A stretch of 44,566 nt of DNA from Gemmatimonas sp. (GTDB taxonomy: Bacteria > Gemmatimonadota > Gemmatimonadetes > Gemmatimonadales > Gemmatimonadaceae), in contig JANNVQ010000039.1 of assembly GCA_031414535.1 (NCBI GenBank), positions 1-44,566 of the forward strand, read 5' to 3'. Shown here piece by piece: positions 1-9,677 of the stretch (positions are counted from its first letter, which is position 1; each line of letters begins with the position of its first letter). The notes under the pieces are model-generated. The model was given only the letters and a program-made list of their open reading frames with translations. It was not told the origin of the DNA and ran no database searches. Position numbers and translations under genes: made by a program.

Positions 1-817
1 CAGGCAGCTCCGGGAATTGCGTCTTCCACCAGCGCAGCAGCACCGCGAAGACCATTAGAGCCACGAGCCAGCCGCCCATGAAGACCTGCCAGCCGTACAT
101 GGTGCTGAAAAAGTAGTAGTCGAGCGACATCGAGTGGTCCCACGCGAGGACGCACCAGCCGAAGCCAAACACCAGCGCCATCACGACGGCGAGCTTGCCT
201 TGGAGAGAATGCGTGCTGTGCAGTTCACGACGCTCATCGCCGAACGAGGCGCGCATCTTGGCGCGGATCCCGGCGGCCCAGGAGGCACCGTACTCCGGCG
301 TCACGCCGACGTCGAGACGCACCGAGGTGTAGATGTACCAGACCTGCAGCGCGAGGATGGCACCGAAGGCGAGAATCGAGCGCAGGTAGAAGAAGCTGTG
401 ATTGAAGTACAGCTCCTTCTCGGGAATCAAGTAACCCGTGCCGACCTTGTCCCACCACGGATAGATGTGGCCCTTGCCGAAGAAAATAATCAGCAGGAGG
501 CCGACGGCCGCAAAGGGCAGGAAGGCCACGAAGCCTTCCATGAAACGAATCACGCCGCGCGACCAGCGCGCCGTCACGATGCGCTGCACCGCGGCGAACA
601 TCACGCCAGCAGAAGCGATGGTCGTGAAGAACAACCAGTTCATCACGAAAGCCTGCCACGCGCGCGCTTCGCCGGTGATGGCGCCGAACGCGAAGAGGCC
701 GAGTCCGAACACCGCGAGGCCGAGCGACGCCTTCTTGAACATCTCCGGCATCTGCTTCGTGCGGAGAACATCAACGAACTGGTCGCGCGGTGGCGAGTAA
801 TGGTGCTGATGGCTCAT
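1..817 (-). CDS. actF: Alternative complex III subunit ActF (NrfD-like membrane protein), 3' end beyond the window edge
   Basis: Not in the ORF track. Manual translation from ATG at 817 gives MSHQHHYSPPRDQF...AWQAFVMNWLFFTTIASAGVMFAAVQRIVTARWSRGVIRFMEG...YFNHSFFYLRSIL...WDHSMSLDYYFFSTMYGW, with multiple TM segments and an ActF-like 'MSLD..FSTMYG' motif. It starts 1 nt after the actE stop. Confidence 0.88.
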   Translation of the reverse strand, partial: MSHQHHYSPPRDQFVDVLRTKQMPEMFKKASLGLAVFGLGLFAFGAITGEARAWQAFVMNWLFFTTIASAGVMFAAVQRIVTARWSRGVIRFMEGFVAFLPFAAVGLLLIIFFGKGHIYPWWDKVGTGYLIPEKELYFNHSFFYLRSILAFGAILALQVWYIYTSVRLDVGVTPEYGASWAAGIRAKMRASFGDERRELHSTHSLQGKLAVVMALVFGFGWCVLAWDHSMSLDYYFFSTMYGWQVFMGGWLVALMVFAVLLRWWKTQFPELP

Positions 818-818
818 C

Positions 819-1550
819 TTAGTGGTCCCCGTGGTCTTCGCCTTCGGCCTTCGGCTTCTCAGCCTTCGGGACGATGCCAGCGGTAGAGGGACGGTTGTAG
901 GAGTGCGGGACGTTCGGCGCGACAGGGCTCACGGCGCTGAACGCGCGGGCCTCGCCGGGCATGATGTTACGACCGGTCGGCACGGCGTACTTCCCCTGCA
1001 GACCGCGGACGTAATTGACGATGTCCCAGCGCTCGCGCTCCGGGATCCGATTGAAATTCGCCATCAAACCGCGCCCGTTGCGGAGCATGCCCCAGATGTA
1101 GCCATCGGAGCGAGCCGAGGTGGCCGCGCCGTTGATCATCGGAGCGAAGCCGTAGGCCGGGTTCAGCTGACGCATCGTGCCGTTGGCATCACCAAGCTCG
1201 CCGTGGCACACTGCGCAGTTCACCTGGTAGAGACGGTGGCCGTTGGCGATTGAGCGTGCATCAGCCGGTACCGGATTCGGCACGTTCTTGAGCGAGTCCA
1301 CCGTCTGCGGCATCGCCGCGTACGACACTTCCCACTCGGCGACCGTGACGCCCGTCATCGGTACCGAGCCCTGCGGCTGGCCACGGAATCCCGTGGTCTC
1401 ACCCGTGAGGGAGTCGCTGGAGAACTTCTGCCAGGTGCCAATCGACGGCTGCTGCTTCATGTCGGTCAGCCAGTCGGCAGGATCGCAGGCCGTGAGGGCC
1501 AGCGGAATGGCGAGCGCCGCGAAGGCGCTACGCAAGGTGGTGCTCGTCAT
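819..1550 (-). CDS. actE: ACIII monoheme cytochrome c lipoprotein ActE
   Basis: Start MTSTTLRS at 1550, 1 nt after the actD stop. Lipobox LTAC, one CAVCH heme motif, GRGLM distal Met, and 'ERWDIVNYVR'. Confidence 0.88.
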   Translation of the reverse strand: MTSTTLRSAFAALAIPLALTACDPADWLTDMKQQPSIGTWQKFSSDSLTGETTGFRGQPQGSVPMTGVTVAEWEVSYAAMPQTVDSLKNVPNPVPADARSIANGHRLYQVNCAVCHGELGDANGTMRQLNPAYGFAPMINGAATSARSDGYIWGMLRNGRGLMANFNRIPERERWDIVNYVRGLQGKYAVPTGRNIMPGEARAFSAVSPVAPNVPHSYNRPSTAGIVPKAEKPKAEGEDHGDH

Positions 1551-1551
1551 C

Positions 1552-2055
1552 TTAGCGCTCACCGCGCACCTCCACCGCCCCGTGGCGGCGCATGATGGCT
1601 TGGACTTCGGCCTGCTGCTCTGGCGCGCACTCGCACCAGACGCCGAAGTACGCGCCGCTGAAACGCGGATCATAGCCCACCGTCTCTGTGAGACGGGGGA
1701 TGCCCGCGAGATAAAACATGCCGAACACGGTGGACAGCGCGCCCACCATGACCATGACCTCGAAGCCGAACACGGTGTACGGCAACCACGTAGCGATGGC
1801 CTTGCCGCCCACGACGAGCGGCCAGTACATCGAACCCCAGATGGAGAGCCAGTACCCGAAGCTCACGCCCGCCAGCGCTCCGAAGAGCGTGAACTTGCGC
1901 ACTGGGCTCTGGGGCGGCTCAATGGCCTCCTCGAGCTCGTGGCGGAGCGTCGGCGAATACGCCGTGAGCTTGCCAATCTTCTTGTGCTTGAGCTCCTCGA
2001 TGGTGTCCGTCGTCGAGTCCAGCTCGTGGAAGACGCCTACAATGCCCGTGAACAT
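1552..2055 (-). CDS. actD: ACIII subunit ActD (DUF3341)
   Basis: Two TM helices, 'AYSP', 'WPLVVGGK...FE' and 'YDPRFS' motifs. GGAGG SD lies upstream of ATG 2055, and the gene sits between actC and actE. Confidence 0.88.
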   Translation of the reverse strand: MFTGIVGVFHELDSTTDTIEELKHKKIGKLTAYSPTLRHELEEAIEPPQSPVRKFTLFGALAGVSFGYWLSIWGSMYWPLVVGGKAIATWLPYTVFGFEVMVMVGALSTVFGMFYLAGIPRLTETVGYDPRFSGAYFGVWCECAPEQQAEVQAIMRRHGAVEVRGER

Positions 2056-2056
2056 G

Positions 2057-3460
<1,404 letters not shown>

Positions 3461-3475
3461 GGTTGCCGTCCTCCT

Positions 3476-6400
3476 TTACGCGTTGGCCGACGCCGACGGC
3501 GCCGGATGGTTGACCTTCTGCAAGTAGACCACCGCGGTATATGTGTTGAGCTCTTCGAACACGTGATAAGCGCGCCGATCCTTGGCCCACTTGGCCACGG
3601 ACCAGTTCTCGTCTGCCGCATCGCCGAAGATGATGGCGCGTGACGGGCAGGCCTGCGCGCAGGCCGTCGTGAACTCGTCAGGCTGCATCTCGCGCCCCTC
3701 GAGTGCCACGCGGTTCTCCGCTTCCTTGATGCGCTGCACGCAGAACGTGCACTTCTCCATGATGCCCTTGTTGCGCACCGTGACGTCCGGATTCAGCTGC
3801 CAGTTGAGCGGCTCCGGGAACGCGTACTGCGAGCGCGACGGATCGCCGTAGCCGAACCAGTTGTAGTAGCGAACCTTGTACGGGCAGTTGTTGCTGCAGT
3901 AGCGCGTACCGACGCAACGGTTGTAGACCTGCACGTTGAGTCCGTTTGGCGCGTGGTACGTGGCGTACACCGGGCAGACGGGCTCGCACGGGGCATTGCC
4001 GCAGTGCTGGCACATCATCGGGATGAACCGCGTGTCGAAGTCCGGATGATCAGCGTCGAACTTCACATCCTTTGGCTCGCGGTCGAGTTCGTAGTAGCGC
4101 TCGAGGCGAATCCACGACATCTCGCGCGAACGCGTGATGTTGGCGCCGAAGCCCGTGCGGTCCGGCAGCAACACCGGGCCCTGCCAATTGGCGCCAACCG
4201 TCGGGATGTTGTTCTCAGAGTAGCACGCCGTGACGCAGGCCGAGCAACCGGTGCACTTGGCGAGATCAATGGTCATGGCCCAACGACGCTTGGCCGCACC
4301 ACTCCAATGCTCAGGGTCATACTGACCCTTGTCCTTGGAGCCCGGCACGCCGAACTCACCCTGCGCATCGTTCGCCGTCGGCGAGCGAAGGCCGGGGAGG
4401 AACTCCGTGCTGGCCTGACCATCGAAGTGGTGATGCTCCACTTCGTTCTCGCCGGCGAGCAGCGCGGCAATCGTGGTGGCCTGCGCGATGTTGCGACCGT
4501 GCTGGCGACCCGAGCCTTCCGTGGTCACGAGGCGCTGGTTGCCAGCAGCCTTCGTCACGGTGGCCTTCGTCGCGGAGAGCGCGAGGGCACCGGAGCGTGA
4601 GTCTTCTGCGCTCACCACCAACTGGTAGGCGTTCTCACCCGAGATGGCGTAACGACCGGCCGCCTCGCCCTGGCCGCGGCCAAGCGCCACGGCGATGGTG
4701 TCGGGACGAATACCGAGGTAGATGAGCGCCGGCGCGGTGAGTTCACCGGCCGTCGTCTTCACGGTTACCATGTCGCCGTCTTCAATACCGAGCGCGATAG
4801 CGGTCTCACCGTGCATTTCAACCACGGTTTGCCAGCAAATCTTCGTCACCGGATCCGGCAGTTCCTGCAGCCAGGGCTTGTTGGCACCGCGGCCATCGCC
4901 GAGGGTCGGCGAGGGATAGGCCATCAAGAAGTACTCGCCTGTCTGCGAAGCGGGCGCGGCAATGCGACGCGTCTCGCTACGAGCGCTCGACGTGCGCGCC
5001 GGCAACGAACCAGAACGCATCGCCGTGGGAAGCGCCGCGCGAAGCGCATCGTTGCCACCGACGCGGCCGGCCACCACCGCGCGATAATCGCGGGCCGTGA
5101 AGCGCGAGGCCAACGAAGGATCGCTCTTGGCCACCGCGAGGAGCACGTCGGCCGTGGAGCGCGAATCAAACACCGGATCCATCACCGGCTGCTGCAGGGA
5201 GACCATGCCGTCCACTGGCTCGGCGTCGCCCCAGCTTTCCATCGAGTGATGGTCGGGGAGGATCAAGTCGCAAAGCGCCGAGGTGTCGTCCGGGATGCTG
5301 GAGAACGAGACCTTAAAGGGCACCTTCGCCATCGCCGCGGCGAAGTCGGTGCCCGGCGCGGTGTACACGGGATTGGCGTTGCGCACGACGAGCAGTTGCA
5401 CATTGCCGGCGTTCATACGCTCGGCGGCGGCACGAATCTCAGCCTGACCAACTGCACCGTCAAAGGCATTGAAGCCTTCGCTCGGCTTGATGGTCTTGCC
5501 AACATTGCCGCGCTGCTTGTTGAGCTCAGCGACCGCGGCAGCAAGCTCACCGGTGTTTTCACCGTGACCACCACCGAGAATCACGGATGACGAAGCCGCG
5601 CGCACTTCATCGCGCAGACCTTCGAGCAGCGCAACACCGACGCCAGCCGCTTCCGCAGCGGCCGCAATTGAACCGCGACCGAGCATCGCATTTACGATGG
5701 CGAGCTCAGTGCCCGGACGGGCAGGAATCCACTGGTCGGCGTTCAAGCCGGTCAGCGAGCGACGCGCACCGACATAGATGAAGCGCGGAGCGCCCTCAAC
5801 CTTGCCGCGAGCTTCTGCGAAGGCCAACTGCTGCGGCACCGCGAGGCCCCAACCATCGAGGAAGTCAGCGCTGAACGAGACAATCAACTTGGCGGCGCCA
5901 AAATCAATCATCGGCCAAGACGCGCCGTAGGCTGCTCGGTTGGCCTGCGCCACGGCAATCGGAGCCTCGGCGTCATAGCTGATGTGCGGGGCGATGCCGT
6001 AGCCGCTCATCACGGAGTCGAGGAAGACGGGGAAACCGCCCTGCTCGTGCCCGTTGATGACGACCGCGCTTCCGCCCTGATTCTTGCTCTTCACTTCGCC
6101 GAGCTTCTGGGCGAGGATGCCGAGGGCATCGTCCCACGTGGTGGCGACGAGGTTGGCACCATCGCGCTTCATCGGGCCGCGGTAGCGATCCGGATTGTAG
6201 AGCGCCTGCAGCGAAGACTGGCCACGCGCACAGAGTGCACCCTTGTTCACCGGGTGCGCCGGATTGCCTTCCGCCTTGATGGCGCGGCCGTCACGCACTT
6301 CGACGATGAGACCGCAACCGGCCGCGCACTCGCGGCAGGTGGTCGCGTAGTAGTTGGAAACGCCGGGAACGGTGTTGTCCGGCGAGACGAGGTAGGGAAT

Positions 6401-6556
6401 AAGCTTCTCAACGTCGCCCGTGCCGCAACCAACGGCGGCAGTGGCAACGGTCGAAATGCCGAGGACCTTGAGGAACTCGCGGCGCTTGACGTCCGCGCGC
6501 TCCTCATGGACTTCCCTCAAGGCGTCCTTGGTGGCATCCGTGGTGTTCGGAGTCAT
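3476..6556 (-). CDS. actB: ACIII subunit ActB (molybdopterin-oxidoreductase-like domain fused to Fe-S domain), Tat-exported
   Basis: Tat motif KRREFLK followed by VGC. 'NKPWLQELPDPVTKICW'. C-terminal Fe-S motifs CTGCSACVTAC, CQHCGNAPCEPVC, CVGTRYCSNNC (3Fe-4S type) and CTFC...CAQAC. Start chosen at MTPNTT (6556). Confidence 0.93.
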   Translation of the reverse strand: MTPNTTDATKDALREVHEERADVKRREFLKVLGISTVATAAVGCGTGDVEKLIPYLVSPDNTVPGVSNYYATTCRECAAGCGLIVEVRDGRAIKAEGNPAHPVNKGALCARGQSSLQALYNPDRYRGPMKRDGANLVATTWDDALGILAQKLGEVKSKNQGGSAVVINGHEQGGFPVFLDSVMSGYGIAPHISYDAEAPIAVAQANRAAYGASWPMIDFGAAKLIVSFSADFLDGWGLAVPQQLAFAEARGKVEGAPRFIYVGARRSLTGLNADQWIPARPGTELAIVNAMLGRGSIAAAAEAAGVGVALLEGLRDEVRAASSSVILGGGHGENTGELAAAVAELNKQRGNVGKTIKPSEGFNAFDGAVGQAEIRAAAERMNAGNVQLLVVRNANPVYTAPGTDFAAAMAKVPFKVSFSSIPDDTSALCDLILPDHHSMESWGDAEPVDGMVSLQQPVMDPVFDSRSTADVLLAVAKSDPSLASRFTARDYRAVVAGRVGGNDALRAALPTAMRSGSLPARTSSARSETRRIAAPASQTGEYFLMAYPSPTLGDGRGANKPWLQELPDPVTKICWQTVVEMHGETAIALGIEDGDMVTVKTTAGELTAPALIYLGIRPDTIAVALGRGQGEAAGRYAISGENAYQLVVSAEDSRSGALALSATKATVTKAAGNQRLVTTEGSGRQHGRNIAQATTIAALLAGENEVEHHHFDGQASTEFLPGLRSPTANDAQGEFGVPGSKDKGQYDPEHWSGAAKRRWAMTIDLAKCTGCSACVTACYSENNIPTVGANWQGPVLLPDRTGFGANITRSREMSWIRLERYYELDREPKDVKFDADHPDFDTRFIPMMCQHCGNAPCEPVCPVYATYHAPNGLNVQVYNRCVGTRYCSNNCPYKVRYYNWFGYGDPSRSQYAFPEPLNWQLNPDVTVRNKGIMEKCTFCVQRIKEAENRVALEGREMQPDEFTTACAQACPSRAIIFGDAADENWSVAKWAKDRRAYHVFEELNTYTAVVYLQKVNHPAPSASANA

Positions 6557-6563
6557 CGCTTTC

Positions 6564-7286
6564 CTAGTAGTGGCAGGTGGCGCAGTCATACGACGCGCGC
6601 TTACGGGGCATGGCGAGCGTCGCCGAGTCCGGCTCATAGCCGGCGGCGCGCATTCCTTCGGCGGGCGAATACCCGTTTACGTGGCACTGGACGCACCAGC
6701 CCATGTTGAGCGACTGGGCCTGGAACACCTGCTGCATGTTGTTGACCTGCCCGTGGCAGGTCTGGCAGGTGACGCCAGCGTTGACGTGACGCATGTGCGG
6801 GAAGTGGACGTACTCCGGCACCTTGTGCACGCGCACCCACGGTACGGGCTGCCGCTTGTTCCAGTACTCAGAGAGCTTCTGGATTTCCGGGCGATCCGTG
6901 CCAACGAGCGCGTGGCAGGCCATGCAAGTACCGACGGCCGGGAGACCCGGGTCAGGCGACTGGCCTGCCGCATTGTGGCAGAACGCACAGTTCATCTGCA
7001 GCGTGTTCACGTGCACCGGGTGCGGAAACTTCACCGGTTGCTCGGGGGAGCGGCCGATGCCGCCCCCGACGTAGAACGTGTAACCGGAAGCGCCGCTGTA
7101 GGCCCAAGGACCGGGCTTTGCCTTGCCGGCGGCTTCACGATTGGCGGCCTGGGTTGCCGTCTCGGCGGCCGCAGGTGCAGCGGCGTCCTGTGCCGTCTGC
7201 GATCCTGCGTAAGCGGAGAGCATCGTGGTGGCGATTGCAATCGCCACCATTCCAGGAATCAGGACCCACTTGCGACGACCGGTCAT
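6564..7286 (-). CDS. actA: ACIII pentaheme cytochrome c ActA
   Basis: N-terminal TM helix and five CxxCH motifs (CAFCH, CMACH, CQTCH, CVQCH, CATCH). Also 'PEQPVKFPH', 'WVRVHKVPEYVHFPH' and 'LNMGWC'. Confidence 0.93.
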   Translation of the reverse strand: MTGRRKWVLIPGMVAIAIATTMLSAYAGSQTAQDAAAPAAAETATQAANREAAGKAKPGPWAYSGASGYTFYVGGGIGRSPEQPVKFPHPVHVNTLQMNCAFCHNAAGQSPDPGLPAVGTCMACHALVGTDRPEIQKLSEYWNKRQPVPWVRVHKVPEYVHFPHMRHVNAGVTCQTCHGQVNNMQQVFQAQSLNMGWCVQCHVNGYSPAEGMRAAGYEPDSATLAMPRKRASYDCATCHY

Positions 7287-7332
7287 GCGCGTGTGGCTCG
7301 GAGAAAAGGGAAATCCGAATGGTCTACTCGGC

Positions 7333-7350
7333 TTGTGAATGATTTCACAA
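7333..7350. promoter_or_regulatory. Rex-type operator upstream of the act operon
   Basis: TTGTGAA-TGAT-TTCACAA is an exact match to the Rex consensus TTGTGAA-N4-TTCACAA, about 46 nt upstream of actA. Confidence 0.7.
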
Positions 7351-7416
7351 GCCTTTTTCAGTCACGGAAACATGACTGCCCTACTCAGCTATCGCAAGCC
7401 TGTGCGATAAATGACT

Positions 7417-8169
7417 TTACTCCGCTTCCAGACCTCTTCGGACGCGGTCTATGGTTCGCAGAACTTCGATGCCCATCGCGCGTACCAAAGTCAGCTCGCG
7501 GCTGTCTGGGCCAGCGCGATTCAAAAGTGAACGGACGCTGCGCATGATGTGTTCCGGATTTCGGGTGCGGTAGAACGCAATCGCCGCAAGCGCGCGGTCA
7601 ATGTCGCCGAGTGCACGCTCCCACTCCTCGTGCTTTGGGAGCGCGGCGTGGTGCTTGTGGCGTGCGACTTCGCGCGTGGCGTCCCCCGCCTCGAGATGCA
7701 GTTCGTAAGCGGCCACCAGCACGGCTTGGGCGATGTTGAGCGACGCGTGCTCGGTGGTGGGAATGCGCACCAAAACCTGCGCCGCATCAATGGCCTCGTT
7801 GGGCAGGCCGTGGTCTTCTTGGCCGAAGAGGAGGGCCACGGTGCCGCTGTCGCACTTCTCGATCACGACGGGAGCGAGCGCGCGGGGCTCCGTTACCGGC
7901 CAGCGATGCGCGCGTCGCTTGGCGCCGAAGGCGGCCACGTAGACACAGTCGGCCAAGGCCTCCTCGAGGCTGTCGAAGTGCCGGATGCGCTCCACGAGGT
8001 CGCGGGTGCCGTGGGCCACGCCCTCGATGCGCCAGGGATCGTAGGCCACAGGGGAGACCAGGCGCAGGTCCACGAACCCGAAATTCTTCATCACCCGCAC
8101 GGTGGCGGCGATGTTGACTGGATCCTGTGGTTTATTGAGGACAATCGCGACGCGATGGAGCACGGACAT
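7417..8169 (-). CDS. trmJ: SPOUT RNA methyltransferase, TrmJ/LasT family
   Basis: 'IVLNKPQDPVNIAATVRVMKNFG', 'ALLFGQEDHGL', 'IPT...SLNIAQAV'. Start MSVLHR at 8169. Confidence 0.8.
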   Translation of the reverse strand: MSVLHRVAIVLNKPQDPVNIAATVRVMKNFGFVDLRLVSPVAYDPWRIEGVAHGTRDLVERIRHFDSLEEALADCVYVAAFGAKRRAHRWPVTEPRALAPVVIEKCDSGTVALLFGQEDHGLPNEAIDAAQVLVRIPTTEHASLNIAQAVLVAAYELHLEAGDATREVARHKHHAALPKHEEWERALGDIDRALAAIAFYRTRNPEHIMRSVRSLLNRAGPDSRELTLVRAMGIEVLRTIDRVRRGLEAE

Positions 8170-8215
8170 GGCCGAATAATAGTCGCCAAGCGGCACCACG
8201 CTTAGCTTTCAGGAA

Positions 8216-8851
8216 ATGGAATTCATCACTGACCTTCTCGCGCAGCTGCGCGACCTGGAATCGCTCGTCGCCACGGCCGGCTACGTGGGCGTCACGGCGA
8301 TCATCTTCATCGAGACGGGGCTGCTCTTCCCGTTTCTGCCCGGCGATTCACTACTGGTGACGGCCGGCCTCGTGGCCGCCGCGCATGACCCGCTGGTGAA
8401 CTTGAACGTGTGGACGCTTGGCCTGCTGTGTTCCGCCGCTGCGATTGTCGGCGACCAGATTGCCTACGGCATCGGTCGGCGGTCGGGCGACGCGCTGTTC
8501 AAGAAAGAAGACTCACGGTGGTTCAAGAAGAGCCATCTGCAGGCGGCGCACGCGTTCTACGAGAAGCACGGCGGTAAGACGATCATTCTCGCTCGCTTCA
8601 TGCCCTTTGCGCGCACGTTCGCCCCCGTGGTGGCTGGTGCGGCGAAGATGCACTACCCCACGTTTGTGTTCTACAACGTGATTGGCGGCGTGGCGTGGAT
8701 CTGGTCCATGTTGCTGACGGGCTACTACGTCGTAAAGTTGGTTCCTGGCCTCGACGAGAACGTCGAGAAAGTGATCATCGGCATCATCTTGCTCTCTATC
8801 ACCCCGGGCATTTACGGATGGTGGAAGTCCCGCCGTCCAAAGTCTGCCTGA
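8216..8851 (+). CDS. dedA: DedA family membrane protein
   Basis: '[17 protein letters not shown]', '[27 protein letters not shown]'. Confidence 0.92.
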   Translation: MEFITDLLAQLRDLESLVATAGYVGVTAIIFIETGLLFPFLPGDSLLVTAGLVAAAHDPLVNLNVWTLGLLCSAAAIVGDQIAYGIGRRSGDALFKKEDSRWFKKSHLQAAHAFYEKHGGKTIILARFMPFARTFAPVVAGAAKMHYPTFVFYNVIGGVAWIWSMLLTGYYVVKLVPGLDENVEKVIIGIILLSITPGIYGWWKSRRPKSA

Positions 8852-8877
8852 TTCTTCCGACCACACGAGGTACACGC

Positions 8878-9486
8878 ATGGCACACACACTTCCGACCCT
8901 GCACTACGCCCACAGCGCGCTCGATCCCTACATCGACACGCAGACGATGGAAATCCATCACGGCAAGCATCATCAGGCCTACGTGAACAACCTGAACGCC
9001 GCCATCGAAAAGGCACCGGAGCTCGCTTCCTGGTCGCTCGACGACCTCTGCCGCAACATCGCGAAAGTGCCGGAGTCCGTGCGCGGCGCCGTGCGCAACA
9101 ACGGCGGTGGGCATTGGAACCACTCGATGTTCTGGGAACTCATGGTCCCCAATAGCGGCGGCACGCCAACTGGCGATGTTGCGCCAGCCATCGACAAGGC
9201 CTTTGGGGACTTCTCCAAGTTCCGCGACGCCTTTAAGGCTGCTGCCGTGGGCCGCTTCGGTTCAGGCTGGGCTTGGCTCGTCGCAGCGAAGGACGGCACT
9301 TTGACCATTGAGAGCACGCCCAATCAGGACAACCCGCTCATGGAAGGCCGTCACGCCATCCTCGGCCTCGATGTGTGGGAGCACGCGTACTATCTCAAGT
9401 ATCAGAACCGTCGCCCCGACTACATAGATGCTTGGTGGAGCGTGGTGCACTGGGGAGAGGTCGCGAAGCGCTACGCGCTTCGCTGA
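8878..9486 (+). CDS. sodA: Superoxide dismutase, probably Mn type
   Basis: MAHTLPTL...[37 protein letters not shown]. The GGGH and QD signatures favour Mn. GAGG SD before ATG 8878. Confidence 0.93.
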   Translation: MAHTLPTLHYAHSALDPYIDTQTMEIHHGKHHQAYVNNLNAAIEKAPELASWSLDDLCRNIAKVPESVRGAVRNNGGGHWNHSMFWELMVPNSGGTPTGDVAPAIDKAFGDFSKFRDAFKAAAVGRFGSGWAWLVAAKDGTLTIESTPNQDNPLMEGRHAILGLDVWEHAYYLKYQNRRPDYIDAWWSVVHWGEVAKRYALR

Positions 9487-9668
9487 GAAGAGCGAGGAGC
9501 GAAGATCGAAATTGAAGATCGAAGATCAAAGAGCGAGGTCGTGAAGGACTGAAGGTAAGAGGGGGAGGAGCCGAATCTTCGGTTCCTCCCCCTCGTGCCT
9601 TCTTATCTTCACGCCTTGTTCTTCGCTCTTCGCTTTTCCGTTGTCGCTCTTCGCTCTTCGCTCTTCGC
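9487..9668. repeat. Long imperfect palindrome built from GAAGAGC/GCTCTTC heptamers around a GC-rich hairpin (likely terminator between convergent genes)
   Basis: Purine-rich left arm (gaagagc gaggagc gaagatc...) and pyrimidine-rich right arm (gctcttc repeats). Central stem GAGGGGGAGGAGCCGAA/TTCGGTTCCTCCCCCTC at 9559-9594. Confidence 0.8.
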
Positions 9669-9677
9669 CTACTCCGT

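Noticed and set aside
134..886. 250-aa + strand ORF
   Set aside because: It is the antisense shadow of actF, which the track missed because actF runs off the window edge.
3476..6556. ActB as a stand-alone molybdoenzyme (formate, nitrate or polysulfide reductase)
   Set aside because: The actA-F context, the fusion to the Fe-S domain and ActB-specific motifs identify it as ACIII, and no clear Mo ligand was recognised.
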